This document shows, piece after piece, positions 26,626 through 38,017 of a DNA stretch of 64,000 bases. The position numbers were made by a program, and so were the translations under genes. Under the pieces are notes generated by a model. The model was not told where the DNA came from and did no database searches. It saw only the letters and a list, made by a program, of their open reading frames with translations. Origin of the DNA: Moniliella sp. 'wahieum' (taxonomy: Eukaryota); contig RSEE01000039.1 of the NCBI GenBank assembly GCA_003971905.1, forward strand, positions 1 to 64,000, read 5' to 3'. The number at the start of each line of letters is the position of its first letter. Position 1 is the first letter of the stretch.

Positions 26626-27717
26626 TCAAGAAAAAACCAGGACGTTGCATCCGGGAGAGTTGGCCACGCCCCACCCACGTTCAGGCCTTCTTGCAAAGAA
26701 ACTGGATAGGCTCTGCTGCGCCTTTTTGGGTGGGCCCGAGTACTTTTTGGCAGCAGGCTTGGGTGGCGGCACCTTGGACGCGGCGGATCCATCCGAGGGA
26801 CCTGGCGCGGCCGAAGTAGGCTCCGGGCGAGCGCTGAGGTCTCCCTTGGTCTGGGCCTTGGGTTCAGCCTCCGCCTCGGGTTCGCTGCACGATTCCCACA
26901 CCTCAACATCTTGTACCACTGTGTACCCTTTTGCGTTCTTGGTCTTGCGACGTTGGATGACCTTGCGTTTCCCCCGCCCCCCGTACCAGGCTGAACAGCC
27001 GCGTTCCCCCCCGCCTCGGAAGATGTGCTGGAAGGTTTTGGGTGCAGGGGATGGCTCGTGGGAGGCGTGGTTTCAGTCTTGTGCATCCACTTTTTCTTCT
27101 CGCTGGCAGAGAGGCGGTCGGTAATCTCGGGATTGGTGATTACGCCCCATGCAGCACCACGATCGGCGTTTTCCCAATTGGCTAGCGCTTGGCCTTGCGA
27201 CCCCTCTTGGCCAGCTTGGATCACCTGCGCGCTATCCCCCTGAGCCGAAGCGTGGGGGCCCGGATGGAGACTGTAAAGTTCGTTGGTGGTCAGGCGAAGG
27301 AATCGCTTTTGAGCGTCTGAAAAGTGGAGTGGGTCAGCTCAGATGCGCTGCGGGGTGCGGTGCACGTACCTTGTCGTTTGGCCTCCGAGACGAGCAGCAG
27401 GAGCATCGTCTCTCGAGGGGCGGGAGGGTCGAGGTCCATGGCGTCAGAGGGCGGTGCGGGTGTTGGGTCGGTGTCGTCGTCGCGAGGCCGTTTGGAAGGC
27501 GGGGTGAGGGGTGCGGGTGGGGGTGGGGCGGGGGCCGGAGCAAGCCCTTGAGAAGGTAGGTGGCATGGAGCTCGTGCTGGTGCGCCTGGAAGAAGGCGGC
27601 GAGCGCGGCGCGTGCGGTGAGGAGGTCGATGTCGGCGATGCGGCTCAGCAGACGCACGGTCAGTGGCCGCGCATCATCCAGGAGCCAGCTGCTGATGACA
27701 GCGTCGGTGGTGCTCAT
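26626..27717 (-). CDS. POL32: DNA polymerase delta subunit 3 (Pol32/Cdc27)
   Basis: N-terminal winged-helix-like 'SWLLDDARPLTVRLLSRIADIDLLTARAALAAF...ATYLLKG', 'WGVITNP', and a C-terminal PIP box QQSLSSFF. The true stop is probably ~26680 once frameshifts are fixed. Confidence 0.8.
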
Positions 27718-27816
27718 GGGTGGGGTGGAGGGAGGCGGCGAGTGCGGCCCGCAGCACGAACACGGCAAGCGACGCCATCGAGCGATGGTCGAGGGCATGC
27801 CACGCTGCGATGTGTG

Positions 27817-27848
27817 ACGCGTGATGGCGCCGCGACGCGCCGACGCGT
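27817..27848. promoter_or_regulatory. Cluster of MCB-like ACGCGT/ACGCG elements in the bidirectional promoter upstream of POL32
   Basis: ACGCGT at 27817 and 27843 and ACGCG at 27835, about 100-130 nt upstream of a DNA replication gene. Confidence 0.45.
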
Positions 27849-27985
27849 CTGAAATGTTCACATTCGCTGTTTTTTTCTTCGGGTTGCCTGCATCGCATTT
27901 TGATTTTGCGGCCATGTCGATTGGAGGATGGGTTAAACCAGCACCCCTGAACCCACGCCGAGCGAACTGCCGCCTCCCTGCCCCG

Positions 27986-29053
27986 ATGCCCCGCAAAGCA
28001 CGCGGGCCCAAGCCCGGCCTCAAGAAGGCGCCTGCCCACACCACGCCTCCCGCCGCCGCCGACCCCGCCACCGCCGCGTGGAGCGTCCTCCCCGACCCCG
28101 ACCTGCCTCCGCTGCTCATCTGCCGCTTCGCCTCCGCTGCCGCCCAGAGCGCCGCGCTGGCGCGCATCGAGGCGTGGTACGAGGCTCCCTGCTCCCAGCC
28201 CATTGCCACCACATCCGACCGCTGCGCGCCCTCGGTGCAGCGCTACGTCCCCCTCACTGCAGCCACGCGGCTGTGCGCCAACTACCAAGGCTTCAACTTC
28301 CCCCTCGACGCTGTCCGTGGCTGGCTCTCGTCCCTTGCCCTTGCCGAGCAATTGGAGCCCACAACCGACAGCTGGTGGCAACCTGCCTGCAACGATTGAG
28401 GGAGAACGCGTTCCTGGCTGCGCTGGTCCGGCAGGGGCGTGTCTTCCTGGGAACAGTCCGCCGATTCCTCTCCCCTCGGACCCCAATTTGTGTAGCGCCG
28501 ACGCCCCTGCGCATCCACCTGCGTATGTGGTCAGTACCCTGTACCACACCACCGAGGGCCAAGCCTCTGTTTTGGCCCACGAACGCAACATGCGTCTTCT
28601 TCTTCAGCCCTGTCTATGCGGCGGCCTGTGGGGAATGGTTCCCCGTTACCTCGCTGCCCTCGGCCTCCCGTCCTGCTACCTCTTGGCCTGCTCCTGGCCC
28701 CGCGGCCCTCAACATTCCCCCCAAGTAACCAAGATGATCGTGACGGACTTTCGGTTGCGCGGGTACGCAACCACAGTGTGGTGGACGAGTGGCAAGCGTA
28801 CCTCTCTGTTGCACCGGAGTACCTGGACCGCAAAGAATTTGGCGCCAAGGCCGCAAGCGAACTGGACCAGGTTGCTCCGCTGCTCCGTCGTGCATCCCAA
28901 GACGGGACGCGGTTGCGCCAAACGTTCAAGTGATGACTGGTTCACCATCCGTACCCGGGTACCCCCTTCCCCCCGACGCTGCGACCGTCGGGCCTCCTGG
29001 ACCGAAGGCTGGCACCGGAGTGGTACGGGCACCTAGGCCTTCTATGCATTAAT
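27986..29053 (+). CDS. Conserved-looking hypothetical protein, possible zincin-like metallopeptidase (frameshifted)
   Basis: Segments ALARIEAWYE, NYQGFNFPL, AYVVSTL...SVLAHER, VFFFSPVY, LRGYATTV and VVDEWQAYL occur in successive frames. Confidence 0.5.
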
Positions 29054-29722
29054 AGGGAAGGGATTGGTACTGTCCTTGGCCGCTCGGTAAGTGGGCCCCG
29101 TAACAATGGCAGAAGCCTAGGGCCTAATGTCTTGGGCGCTGATAAGGTGGTAAGCACCTCCTGCCTGCGGGCCCGCCCATACGGCGTACTTGGTAACCCC
29201 GGTTCCATGTCCAGCGCATCCGCATCGGAGAATCTGGCATTTGTGCTGGGGCAGATGGGCTTGGGTCGAAGTTGACGCTGAGCGCTCGTTGGTCTAGGCC
29301 TGGGTTTATACCTCGGCCACGACCGATTATGCTTTGGAACGTACTATTCCGACAGACTCGCGGCCACTGCCTCGCTTTTCCCCCAATTGGCTAGGTGGCC
29401 GGAGCGTACTGCCTTGAACGATCGAGGGGAGGGTAAATTATCCTTCTCGCCCGATGGAAACAGGGAGGTCTCTGGGACTGAGTACTGAGGACAGGTGCAC
29501 GTCCCGATGGCCCCTTCTTTGGGGAGGTCAGGTGACCCACCGGTCACCTTGGGCGGGGGGTGGGAAGAGCGTGAGAAGGTGGCCTGGTTTAACGTAATAA
29601 CAAAGCCAAGCGATGGTCCACTGCGAGATGGCATGAATCACAATGCGACATGGCTGAGGCTCAGCGCCAAAGTAGACCCCCACCACGTTCAACGGGACGC
29701 TGGTTGGAAGCCAAGAGCGCCA

Positions 29723-29889
29723 TGCGATAGAAGTGGCAGCGACAGCAACCAAAATAATCCCGCGATGAGCTGGTGTCCTGACTCGAATGACTCGAATGAC
29801 TCGCAAAGACGGTGTGATGGAAGCGGCAGCGACGGCAACCGAAATAATCCTGCGATGCGAGTTGGTGTCCTGACTCGGATGACTCGCAG
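29723..29889. repeat. Imperfect ~90-bp tandem duplication with TGACTC repeats upstream of the AAA ATPase gene
   Basis: tgcgatagaagtggcagcgacagcaaccaaaataatcc...ggtgtcctgactcg is repeated as tgtgatggaagcggcagcgacggcaaccgaaataatcc...ggtgtcctgactcg. Confidence 0.85.
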
Positions 29890-30110
29890 GCGTGGTGGTG
29901 GTGTGGGTCACGCATACATTCACCGACGCCACCTACAGCCGACACGGGGCATCAAGCTCATCGCTCATCCAGCTGCCGATCGCTACCGGGCGCATCGGCC
30001 TATGACGATAAATAACCCACTTCTTCCCCTCTCTTCCTCATACTCTAACCCCCCTATCTCTCTTCCCCCTCGCCATTACTATCTCTCCCCAGTGTCATCT
30101 CTCCTTGACC

Positions 30111-31461
30111 ATGCAACCGTCCTCGTTCGACCTCCTCGCCTCCATGGATGGCATCCTGAACAAGGCCCAAACCGACGATATGTACTACCGCCTGTTTCGT
30201 CAGGTGCAAGCCGCCCACCCTGGGGCCGAGTGGTCACCACTCTGAACGATAGTGTGGTGCCGTTCCTTGTGTCTTCGGGACTGGTCAAGGAGGCGGAAGG
30301 GGCGGTCATTCCATGTGGTGACGCCTGGAACCTCGCGCAAAACAAATACGAGGATGAAGCAGGGACGGATAGGTGTACCTCTTCCGCAGCTCAATCCTTC
30401 CGCACGGGTACACTTAGCTTTACCTTTTCCGAGACCAAGCTGCTCGTGTACCATGTCACTATGCTGGCAATCCAAGACTGGGGAGTTCATGGCTACGTCA
30501 TGGAGGCCATAGTCGACCTCGACTCGGGCAAACGTGCGGTCCCGCTCCAATTGCTTGACGCCAAGACCCACGCGGAAAATGCCCCGGGCCCCTTTGTGTG
30601 GGTGTTTGACAACGGCAGGTGGCCAAGTCCTGGAGTATGTATGAGAAACTTCATCATTCGCCCCAGGATCCCTTGGTGCTCAAGGAAGATGTACGACTTT
30701 GGCTCGAACGCGACACACAGACGTTTTTCCAAAGTGAAGAGATGTACAAGACGCTTGACGCACCCTGGCGACGCGGTCTTCTTCTCTGCGGCCCGCCCGG
30801 GAACGGGAAAACGACGGCGATCCGCTCGGTGCTTCGCAACCTGAAAGGGACGCAACAGGTTTTGGTGGTAAAGGGGGCGGACAGTTCTTGTGACTTGCCG
30901 CAGATTTTTGCCCAAGCACGCAAAGTGGCCCCCTGCGTATTGTGATGGAGGACCTGGATTCGCTGGTCAAGCACACCCGTCTCTCGGTCCTGCTTAACGA
31001 GCTGGATGGAATCACCCCAAACCACGGCCTTCTAATTATTGCGTCGACCAACCATCCAGCCTCGGTTGGATCCTGCTTTGCTCTCGCGCCCTTCGCGTTT
31101 CGACACCAAGTACGAATTTGGCCTCCCAGACGAAGAGTTGCGCTACACCTACGTCCTCCGTTGGCTGCAAGACAAGTATGCCAATTCTCTTGTGCTCGGG
31201 GGGGAGTATAATTCGATTTCGGCCGTGGCTCGGCAGTTGGCCAAGGAAACGGATCAGTTCAGCTTCAGTTTGTTGAAGGAACTCTTTATCTCCTTTGCTC
31301 TCGTGCGTGTTTCCGGGGCATGGGGCGACCCTCATGCTGCCGTGCCTGTTGACAACCTCTTTCAACGAGCACGCGACTTGGCCCCATCCTTCGTGGAGGA
31401 ATATGAGCGCCAGAAGAACTCTCGCAGTGATTCGGAGTCGAATGAAGACGATGAAGAGTAG
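30111..31461 (+). CDS. Single-domain AAA+ ATPase (fungal YjoB-like family), frameshifted
   Basis: Walker A RRGLLLCGPPGNGKT, Walker B MEDLDSL, LNELDG, STNHP, SRH LDPALLSRPSRFD. Start MQPSSFDLL at 30111. Confidence 0.85.
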
Positions 31462-31962
31462 GACTAAAGAGTACACACTTTTGGTCGTGCCATTGCAACC
31501 GCTGTATGCTTCATGCGTCATGCGGCTCTAACTGGTAACTGCAGAGGCCTTCGCATACCCCCTCTTATCATATGGACCTGGTGTCCACTCACTCAATCGC
31601 ATTCTAAGTATCAACAGTTGCTCCGCCCGTCAAACTTCATAGCGACTTGGCCACCAGTTTCGTCCCAAATGCAAATTTTCTTGTATAGAAGACTCGAGAA
31701 TATAACAGGCTCCGTGACCAACTGTACCCGGCCTCGCCATCAGCCTGACAACGGAGACACAGATGGTCGCGCATCACGTTATGCTCTGACGAACGACACC
31801 ACGACGCAAATAGGCGAGTGGAAAAGGTGGCTGGAGCTAGACTACGATACGTCCCAGTCTCAAGCAAATGTAACAAGCTGGATGCCAGGTAAGACAGCAT
31901 GCGTTTGGGGGAGGAAAACAAGGCGCAAATGTGCGGCATGTGCAGTCGCCCCAGCAGGGCGC

Positions 31963-32455
31963 TTAGTCCGACGTGGCGCGCGTGTAGACCAACTGAGCGT
32001 GGTGGTGAACCACACGCTTGATCTGGCCCTCCTGCTCCAGGTGCTTGACGGCACGGCGGGCGAGGGAACCATTGATCTTCAACCGGTCAATCAGCGTCGA
32101 CTGCGAAATGAACTTGAAGGTTGGCACCTCCTTGATGATGCGGTCGTACGTCGCCTTGTCCAGCACGACATTGTTCTGGGCCTTGTCCTTCACCTTGCCC
32201 TTGCTCCACTTCTTTTTCTTGGCGCTCTTGGTGGCCGAAGCCAGGATCGCCGACTTCTTGGGAGGCACTGCAAGCAAAACAAGGTCAGTAGGGTGCTCCT
32301 GGTTCTCAGCGCACGCGATGCTCGTTCGCAGCAGCAGGCTGCGTCCCACCTGGCGCGGAAGCAGGCTCGCCAAAGCAGGGACGCTGGGCAAAGGGGCGGC
32401 GACGGGGGGTGGGTTGCCAGTCCGCCCCCCTGAGGATGGCAAGCGCCGACTTACT
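31963..32455 (-). CDS. RPS25: 40S ribosomal protein S25 (eS25); intron 32268-32454 splits the start codon (A|TG)
   Basis: PPKKSAIL...KKKKWSKGKVKDKAQN...INGSLARRA...HHAQLVYTRA. 5' splice site A|gtaagt at 32454, branch tactgac, 3' splice site cag|TG CCT. Confidence 0.95.
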
Positions 32456-32864
32456 TGTGACCACTCCAGTCGTAGGCTTGGTGGAAAAGAACAGGTGTCG
32501 GCCAGCGCACAACGCCCGGCAAGCATCCCAGCCCAGCGCCCGCAACCGAGACTGGCGCGGCGCTCGGCTCCCCTCCCGCTGCCGGGCGGTCGTCCCCTCG
32601 GATAGCGGTGCTTGTTTATTGCGCCTGCCCGATTGGATAACCCTAGGCGCCACGGGGGCTATGTCCCCTGCATTTGTCCCCCTTCTCCTGCTAGGGTTAT
32701 CAGTCGTCCGACGCGTGAGGCCTTAGGCCTTGGGCCTTATGGGTCTGTTGGTTTCAAACTGGCAACTGTCCATCCAAACCAACTGTCGGTATGACATCAG
32801 TCATCAGTGCAATGCCAGGACAGTGCGGTTGTGATATGTGACGCATGATGCATGATGCATGATG

Positions 32865-34311
32865 TGTCACCGGGATCACCGGCCGGCGGGGTGGGGAGTA
32901 GTCTCAACGGCATCCGTTGCTTGTCTCGTTTCCCCCACCTTTTGGCTCCAATTGCCGCCTGGCTCCTACCCGGCTTCGTGCCATCTCGACTGCTCACCTA
33001 ACTCGCTGCTTCCCTTTCTGTCCGTCGCCTTGATACCCGGTGCTTATCTCTGCCACAGGCCGTAGTTTGTCGCCCGTCCGACTGCCTCGGCCATCGCACC
33101 AAGATTGAAGCTAAAAGGTGTTCCCGGACTCTCTGAATTGACCCCCCCTCCCTCTTCCTTTCTTTCGAAGTTACAATCATTCACAATGACCAGAACTCCT
33201 GCTCCGGAAACCCAAGCCGTCGGACACAAGACTCCTTACGCTGGCCGCCAGGCATCGCAAGATGCCGCTGTCCGTGACACGAACGTTCACCTCGATCGCC
33301 TCGATATGATGGCCTCGACCCTCGCCGAACTTCGTGCACAACGCGAGGAAGATCGTCGGGCGTCAGAACGCCGTGAGCGTGAGTATCGCGAGGTCCGCGA
33401 GGACGATCACCGCCGTTTTGAGGAGCAGCTCGCCGCCCTTCGTGCTTCCCTTGCCAAGGCGCAAATTCAGCAGGCCCGCCAGACCGCCCCCATTGCGCTG
33501 AGCAGCGTTCTTAACGTTTTTGACGGTTCGGAACCGTGGCGTCTTGACGAATGGCTCCGGGCTCTGGATGAGCAGGCGAAGAAAGAACTGCCAGCGGTCC
33601 TCGATCCTCACTCTACCGAGGCGGCCGAGTTCCTGGATCGCATCAAGTTCGCGGCTGCTCGCCGTCTTCTTGAGGGTGTTGCGCGCACATACTCACTGAG
33701 GGCTAATGGTTGGCCCGACCTGCAAGATGCCCTCAAGACGGCTTATCCGCGGGCCTATGCCATGCGTGATTTGCGCTTCCGCATCGCCAGGGGCACCCGT
33801 TACAGTCATATGCCGCTGGACATGGCCCTGTGGGAGGCCCGGAACGACCTCGAGTTCCTTGGCATGCTTCATGCGCCATTTACGGACACCTCTGACAAGG
33901 TCATTGATGCCATCATCAGCCGCTTTGAAGGCCATGATCCAGACCAACTGTTGGCTGACGCTACCCGCGGCAGGGACACCCGCCTCCGCCTTGGCGTATC
34001 TCGCCGCGGGACCAAGGCTTGAGGAGTAGCAGTTGTGTCGCGGCGGCCGATTCACGCGGTGGTCTGGCTGATGAGGGGGCGGTCGAGGCTTGGGGTTGAC
34101 GGGATACAACGAGCTCAACGGTATCCGTTGGTTGTCTCCTTTCCCCCTCTTTTTGACTTCAATCCTCGCTGGCTCCTACCCGGCTTCGTGCCATCTCGAC
34201 TCTTCACCTAACCCTCTGCTTCCCCTTCCTCCCCTCGCCTTCATTCCCGGTGCTCGTCTCTGTCACAGTCCCTAATTAGTCGCCAATCCGACTGCCTCGG
34301 TCATCGCAACA
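32865..34311 (+). mobile_element. Small gag-only LTR retroelement: two diverged direct terminal repeats (~32865-33101 and ~34036-34311) flanking one ORF
   Basis: About 210 bp of direct repeat with identical core ctggctcctacccggcttcgtgccatctcgact. Both copies begin TGTC and end ...CA. GATG lies on both outer sides. Confidence 0.75.
33186..34022 (+). CDS. Retrotransposon Gag-like (capsid) protein
   Basis: Uninterrupted 278-codon ORF. An N-terminal coiled coil is followed by 'VFDGSEPWRLDEWLRALD...FAAARRLLEGVARTY...WPDLQDALKTAYP', typical of Ty3/gypsy gag. Confidence 0.7.
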   Translation: MTRTPAPETQAVGHKTPYAGRQASQDAAVRDTNVHLDRLDMMASTLAELRAQREEDRRASERREREYREVREDDHRRFEEQLAALRASLAKAQIQQARQTAPIALSSVLNVFDGSEPWRLDEWLRALDEQAKKELPAVLDPHSTEAAEFLDRIKFAAARRLLEGVARTYSLRANGWPDLQDALKTAYPRAYAMRDLRFRIARGTRYSHMPLDMALWEARNDLEFLGMLHAPFTDTSDKVIDAIISRFEGHDPDQLLADATRGRDTRLRLGVSRRGTKA

Positions 34312-35001
34312 GATGGGGACTAGGTAGGTAGCGAGGGGTAGACGGACGACGAGACGACGGTTTACTAGCAGATGCGGTTTTAGAGGCATCAGCGTAAAAA
34401 TGGGAAGGAACCGACAGGCGGGGCGATGCGGGCGGGGCGTACACAGAACAAAGGGCGTGTTATGTTGGAACAGGGGCGGTACATGCATGTGGCTCTGCTA
34501 TCGGAGACCGAGTGCTGCAGGCGAAGGCATATATTCTACTGCGGGCGAGCGCTGGAAGGACTCGGTATAAAAGGCGCGCGGCGCGAGCACACCTGTAGCG
34601 CGATGGCAGCAACTACTCACCCTCTGCACATGGAAGCGGACCAATATCGACGCCCACCGACAGTCGACCCGGCTATACGCCAGTGAGGATGCGCACTTGA
34701 AGCGCCCTCAATTGCTCGCTAATACAACGTGCAATAACCGGCTTTTATGCCGATGGCATGTGTATCGGAAACGAGAGCTCTGGCGGTGTTCCTCCGCCTG
34801 AGTCTTGAGTTCAAGCGTCTGAGTCTGAACATCGATCGAAATCATTAACATTCATCGATCATCATGCCGCAGTCCCGTGACTGGGATTGGTGGCGCAACG
34901 CAGCGCCGCTGGCTGGTTTCACGTAAAAGAGTGTTGGACGTTTGCCCCGCCGCCACCGCTTTTGCGCGCGCGCGTCTGCTCGCCTCCGCTACGCCGCGCC
35001 C

Positions 35002-37397
35002 ATGCCCCCCCCGGCCTTGGGCAAGCAGCTGCCGCCCCGCAGCCTCCCTCGGCCGCAGCGTCTCCATCCACAAACGCTCCACCCTCGTCTTCGCCCTCGC
35101 CTTCGCCCTCCTCATCGCCCTCCTCATCGCCCTCCTCTTCGCCCCCGCCCTCGCCCTCGCCCGCGGCGCAGCACCCCCGCACCACAACTGCCACCCCTCC
35201 CCGATCACCCTTTCTCCGGCCCCCCAGCCCCCCAGAGCCTCGACGGAAGAACAGTTTGCATCCCTTACCATCCACCCGCCCCTGCCGGTCGAAAAGCGCA
35301 TACCTTCCCCATCCAGCGCCGACGTGAGTGCGCAAGCAGGCGAAGACTCGCTGCTGGCTCAGCCTGGCTACGACCCTTCTCCTTCCCCTCCCCACGACAT
35401 TGTGAACGAGGGTCCTCTTCCTGCGCCTCCTACGACAACGGAAGAAGACCATGAAGCAGAGGGAGACGCACGGCAAGGTGCTACATCCCGCCCCTCCCGA
35501 TCGATAAGGAACCTGCCGCTGGTGCACTTGGTCCCCCCTCTCCTCGGCCGGCCCCAGTCATCCAACACCTCCACGTCCCCCGTCTCTCGCCCAATTGCCA
35601 ACCCTCCCCCCGCACACCTCGAGCATGTGCACAGCGATACCCGTGCGCCCGAAGTGCCATTTGACTTCAACAAGTTCCTCGAACAGATGAAACTGCGCAG
35701 CGCAGTGCCAGTCGGGGAATATGTGCGAAGGTATGTTATGTGCCTCTGGTCTGTCCATCTGGCCCGAGATGCCAAGGTGTCAAGGTGTCAAGGTGAAACA
35801 GGGTCCTAACCTAACCTCTCCCCCATGCATGCGCAGTTTTATTCGCAATTTTGCTCGTCGTCCCCACACGCGTCCAAGCCAGGTTCAGCTGGTCATGGAC
35901 TTTCTCAAGTTCATTACCGATCTCATGAGCCGGACCTTGCCATGGAGCGAACAAACGGCGGTCGAGTTTGACAATGCCAAGGAAGCGATGGAGAAGCTCG
36001 TGATGAGTCGGTTGTACAATTACACTTTTTCCCCTGCTGTTGCTGCGGCGGGGAAATGGCCGATCCAGACGGACGATTTGGAACGGGATGCGGTCCTGGA
36101 CCAAAAATCGCCCTGTTTGCGTGGGTGGAAGAATCTCATCTGGACCTGCCTCCTATCGGCGCTTCAGGTGGCTTCCTCGAATTTGCCGTCAAAGAGTTGC
36201 TCAAGATCAACCACTACAAGGCACCCCGTGACAAGCTCATCTGCATCCTCAACGTGTGCAAAGTGATCTTTGGCTTAATCCGGCAGCTCAAGGAAGACGC
36301 AAGTGCCGACACCTTCTTGCCTCTGTTAGTGTTTGTGGTGTTGCATGCCAAGTGCCCGCACCTAGTAAGCAACGTCGAGTACATCACCAACTTTCGCAGT
36401 CCTGAGCGACTGAATTCGGAAGCGGGATATTATCTTACCTCGCTCCAAGGCGCCATCACATTCATCGAACAAATGGACTTTTCATCCCTCTCCCACCTTA
36501 CCTTGGACGAGTTTGAAGCAAAAGTAGAACGTGCTGCCATTCGCATGGCCGCCGAGGCCGAGCGGAACGCTCCCCGGCTCCCAAGGAATTCGGTCTACTC
36601 GAAATGGCCGGATCGGGGGTCCAGTCACTCAAGGTGTTCTGATCGGTGGTTCTACCGACGCAAGCCACTCCTTCTACCTCCGCTGCTACTTCCATCCCTC
36701 CCACTGCCACTGCACCCACGGCATCGCCCCAACCGGGGGAGACACACGAAGGGGTTGCCCTCCCCGCTGCGGTGGCGAGTGGGTTGGGGGCTCTGACCGC
36801 GCCGTTGACCAGCGCCTCCCTTGCCGAGGACACTCGTCAATTTTTGCAGCGCACGGGGGAGGGCCAAGATGGGCATTGGTCGTCCGATTGGAGCGTTAAA
36901 CAAACTATGGGCCGAGGCCACAGCGGCGGAACCAACCGTCGCACCAGTTGCTGAGGCTACTGACACTTCTGTGCTGAAGTCCAGGTGGGAAGAGGAGAGG
37001 TGGGGGAGAAAGTGCGTGATCCCCGTAGTGGCGAGGAGGCACTGCCACCCAACTCGTCCCCATCTTCGTCCACGCACGCTTCGCATCGCAACGCAACCGT
37101 CTGCTACCGTTTGTCTCCGACGGTCCTGCGACTTCGGAAGCGGCGTCAGCGCATGGCGAATCTGGTTTTTCGTCGGACCCAGTGGGGCGCGCGGCCGCGG
37201 CCAGTTTCCAATTGCCCCTTCCGCCGCTTGGAGACGAGGTGCCCAATCCGTGGGCGCAAGACCAACGGCAACAAGCCAAGCTCGAGACATTGGCCATCAT
37301 GTTCCCTAACATGGAGCGGAACGTATGCCAGTTGATGTTGGAGGCGTGTGCGGGTAACTTGGAGGATACGATTGACAAGTTGCTGACGATGGGGTAG
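35002..37397 (+). CDS. VPS9: Rab5 GEF Vps9 with C-terminal CUE domain; intron ~35732-35836; start uncertain
   Basis: PFDFNKFLEQMK, FDNAKEAMEKLVM, INHYKAPRDKLICILN, SADTFLP, LNSEAGYYLTSLQGAITFIE, CUE LAIMFPNMERNV...IDKLL. Confidence 0.92.
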
Positions 37398-37945
37398 CGA
37401 ACTATCGAGAGGTCTGCCCAGGTTGTGCACAGCGACGGGGAAAGATCGATGGGGATCCTCTGTGGCGACCATGCGCTTATCCCATCTTATCTCATTCATT
37501 TCCGTCGTGCTTGTCAGATTCACCCGGGAAGTGGAAATGGATGCTTGGTCACAATGGACGGTGCGTGTAAGGCGTGTAAAGCGAGGGAGGGAAGTGCTAG
37601 TAAAAAGTCCATACCGACCGTGTCATTGGTATGACAAACGTCGCTTGAAACGCCCCCGTATTGAGATCATCAACCCCTTGTACAACCGATCGACGACGTG
37701 ACGGCGGCCCCAAGAGTGCGCTAAAACCAGCCGAGTGTGGATTCCAGATGTTCAGCACGTTCAACTGATGCTAGAAGCGCCACCACAACCACCTGTACTC
37801 TCAGCTGAAAACTGGAAGCTCCTGATGAGTTGGATTCAGGAAGTCGGAACACTGAGCGGCCAATAGAAGTCTGGGGGGGCGAACTCACCGTTCAGTTGTA
37901 CGTTGAATGGTAACGGTAAACCTTGAATGTAAGGTGTACATCAAC

Positions 37946-38017
37946 GGGCGGATAGCTCAGGGGTAGAGCGCTTGCTTAGCATGCATGAGGTCCGGGGTTC
38001 AATTCCCTGTTCGTCCA
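37946..38017 (+). tRNA. tRNA-Ala(AGC), identical to the copy at 10417
   Basis: Same 72-nt sequence, followed by a T7 Pol III terminator. Confidence 0.95.
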
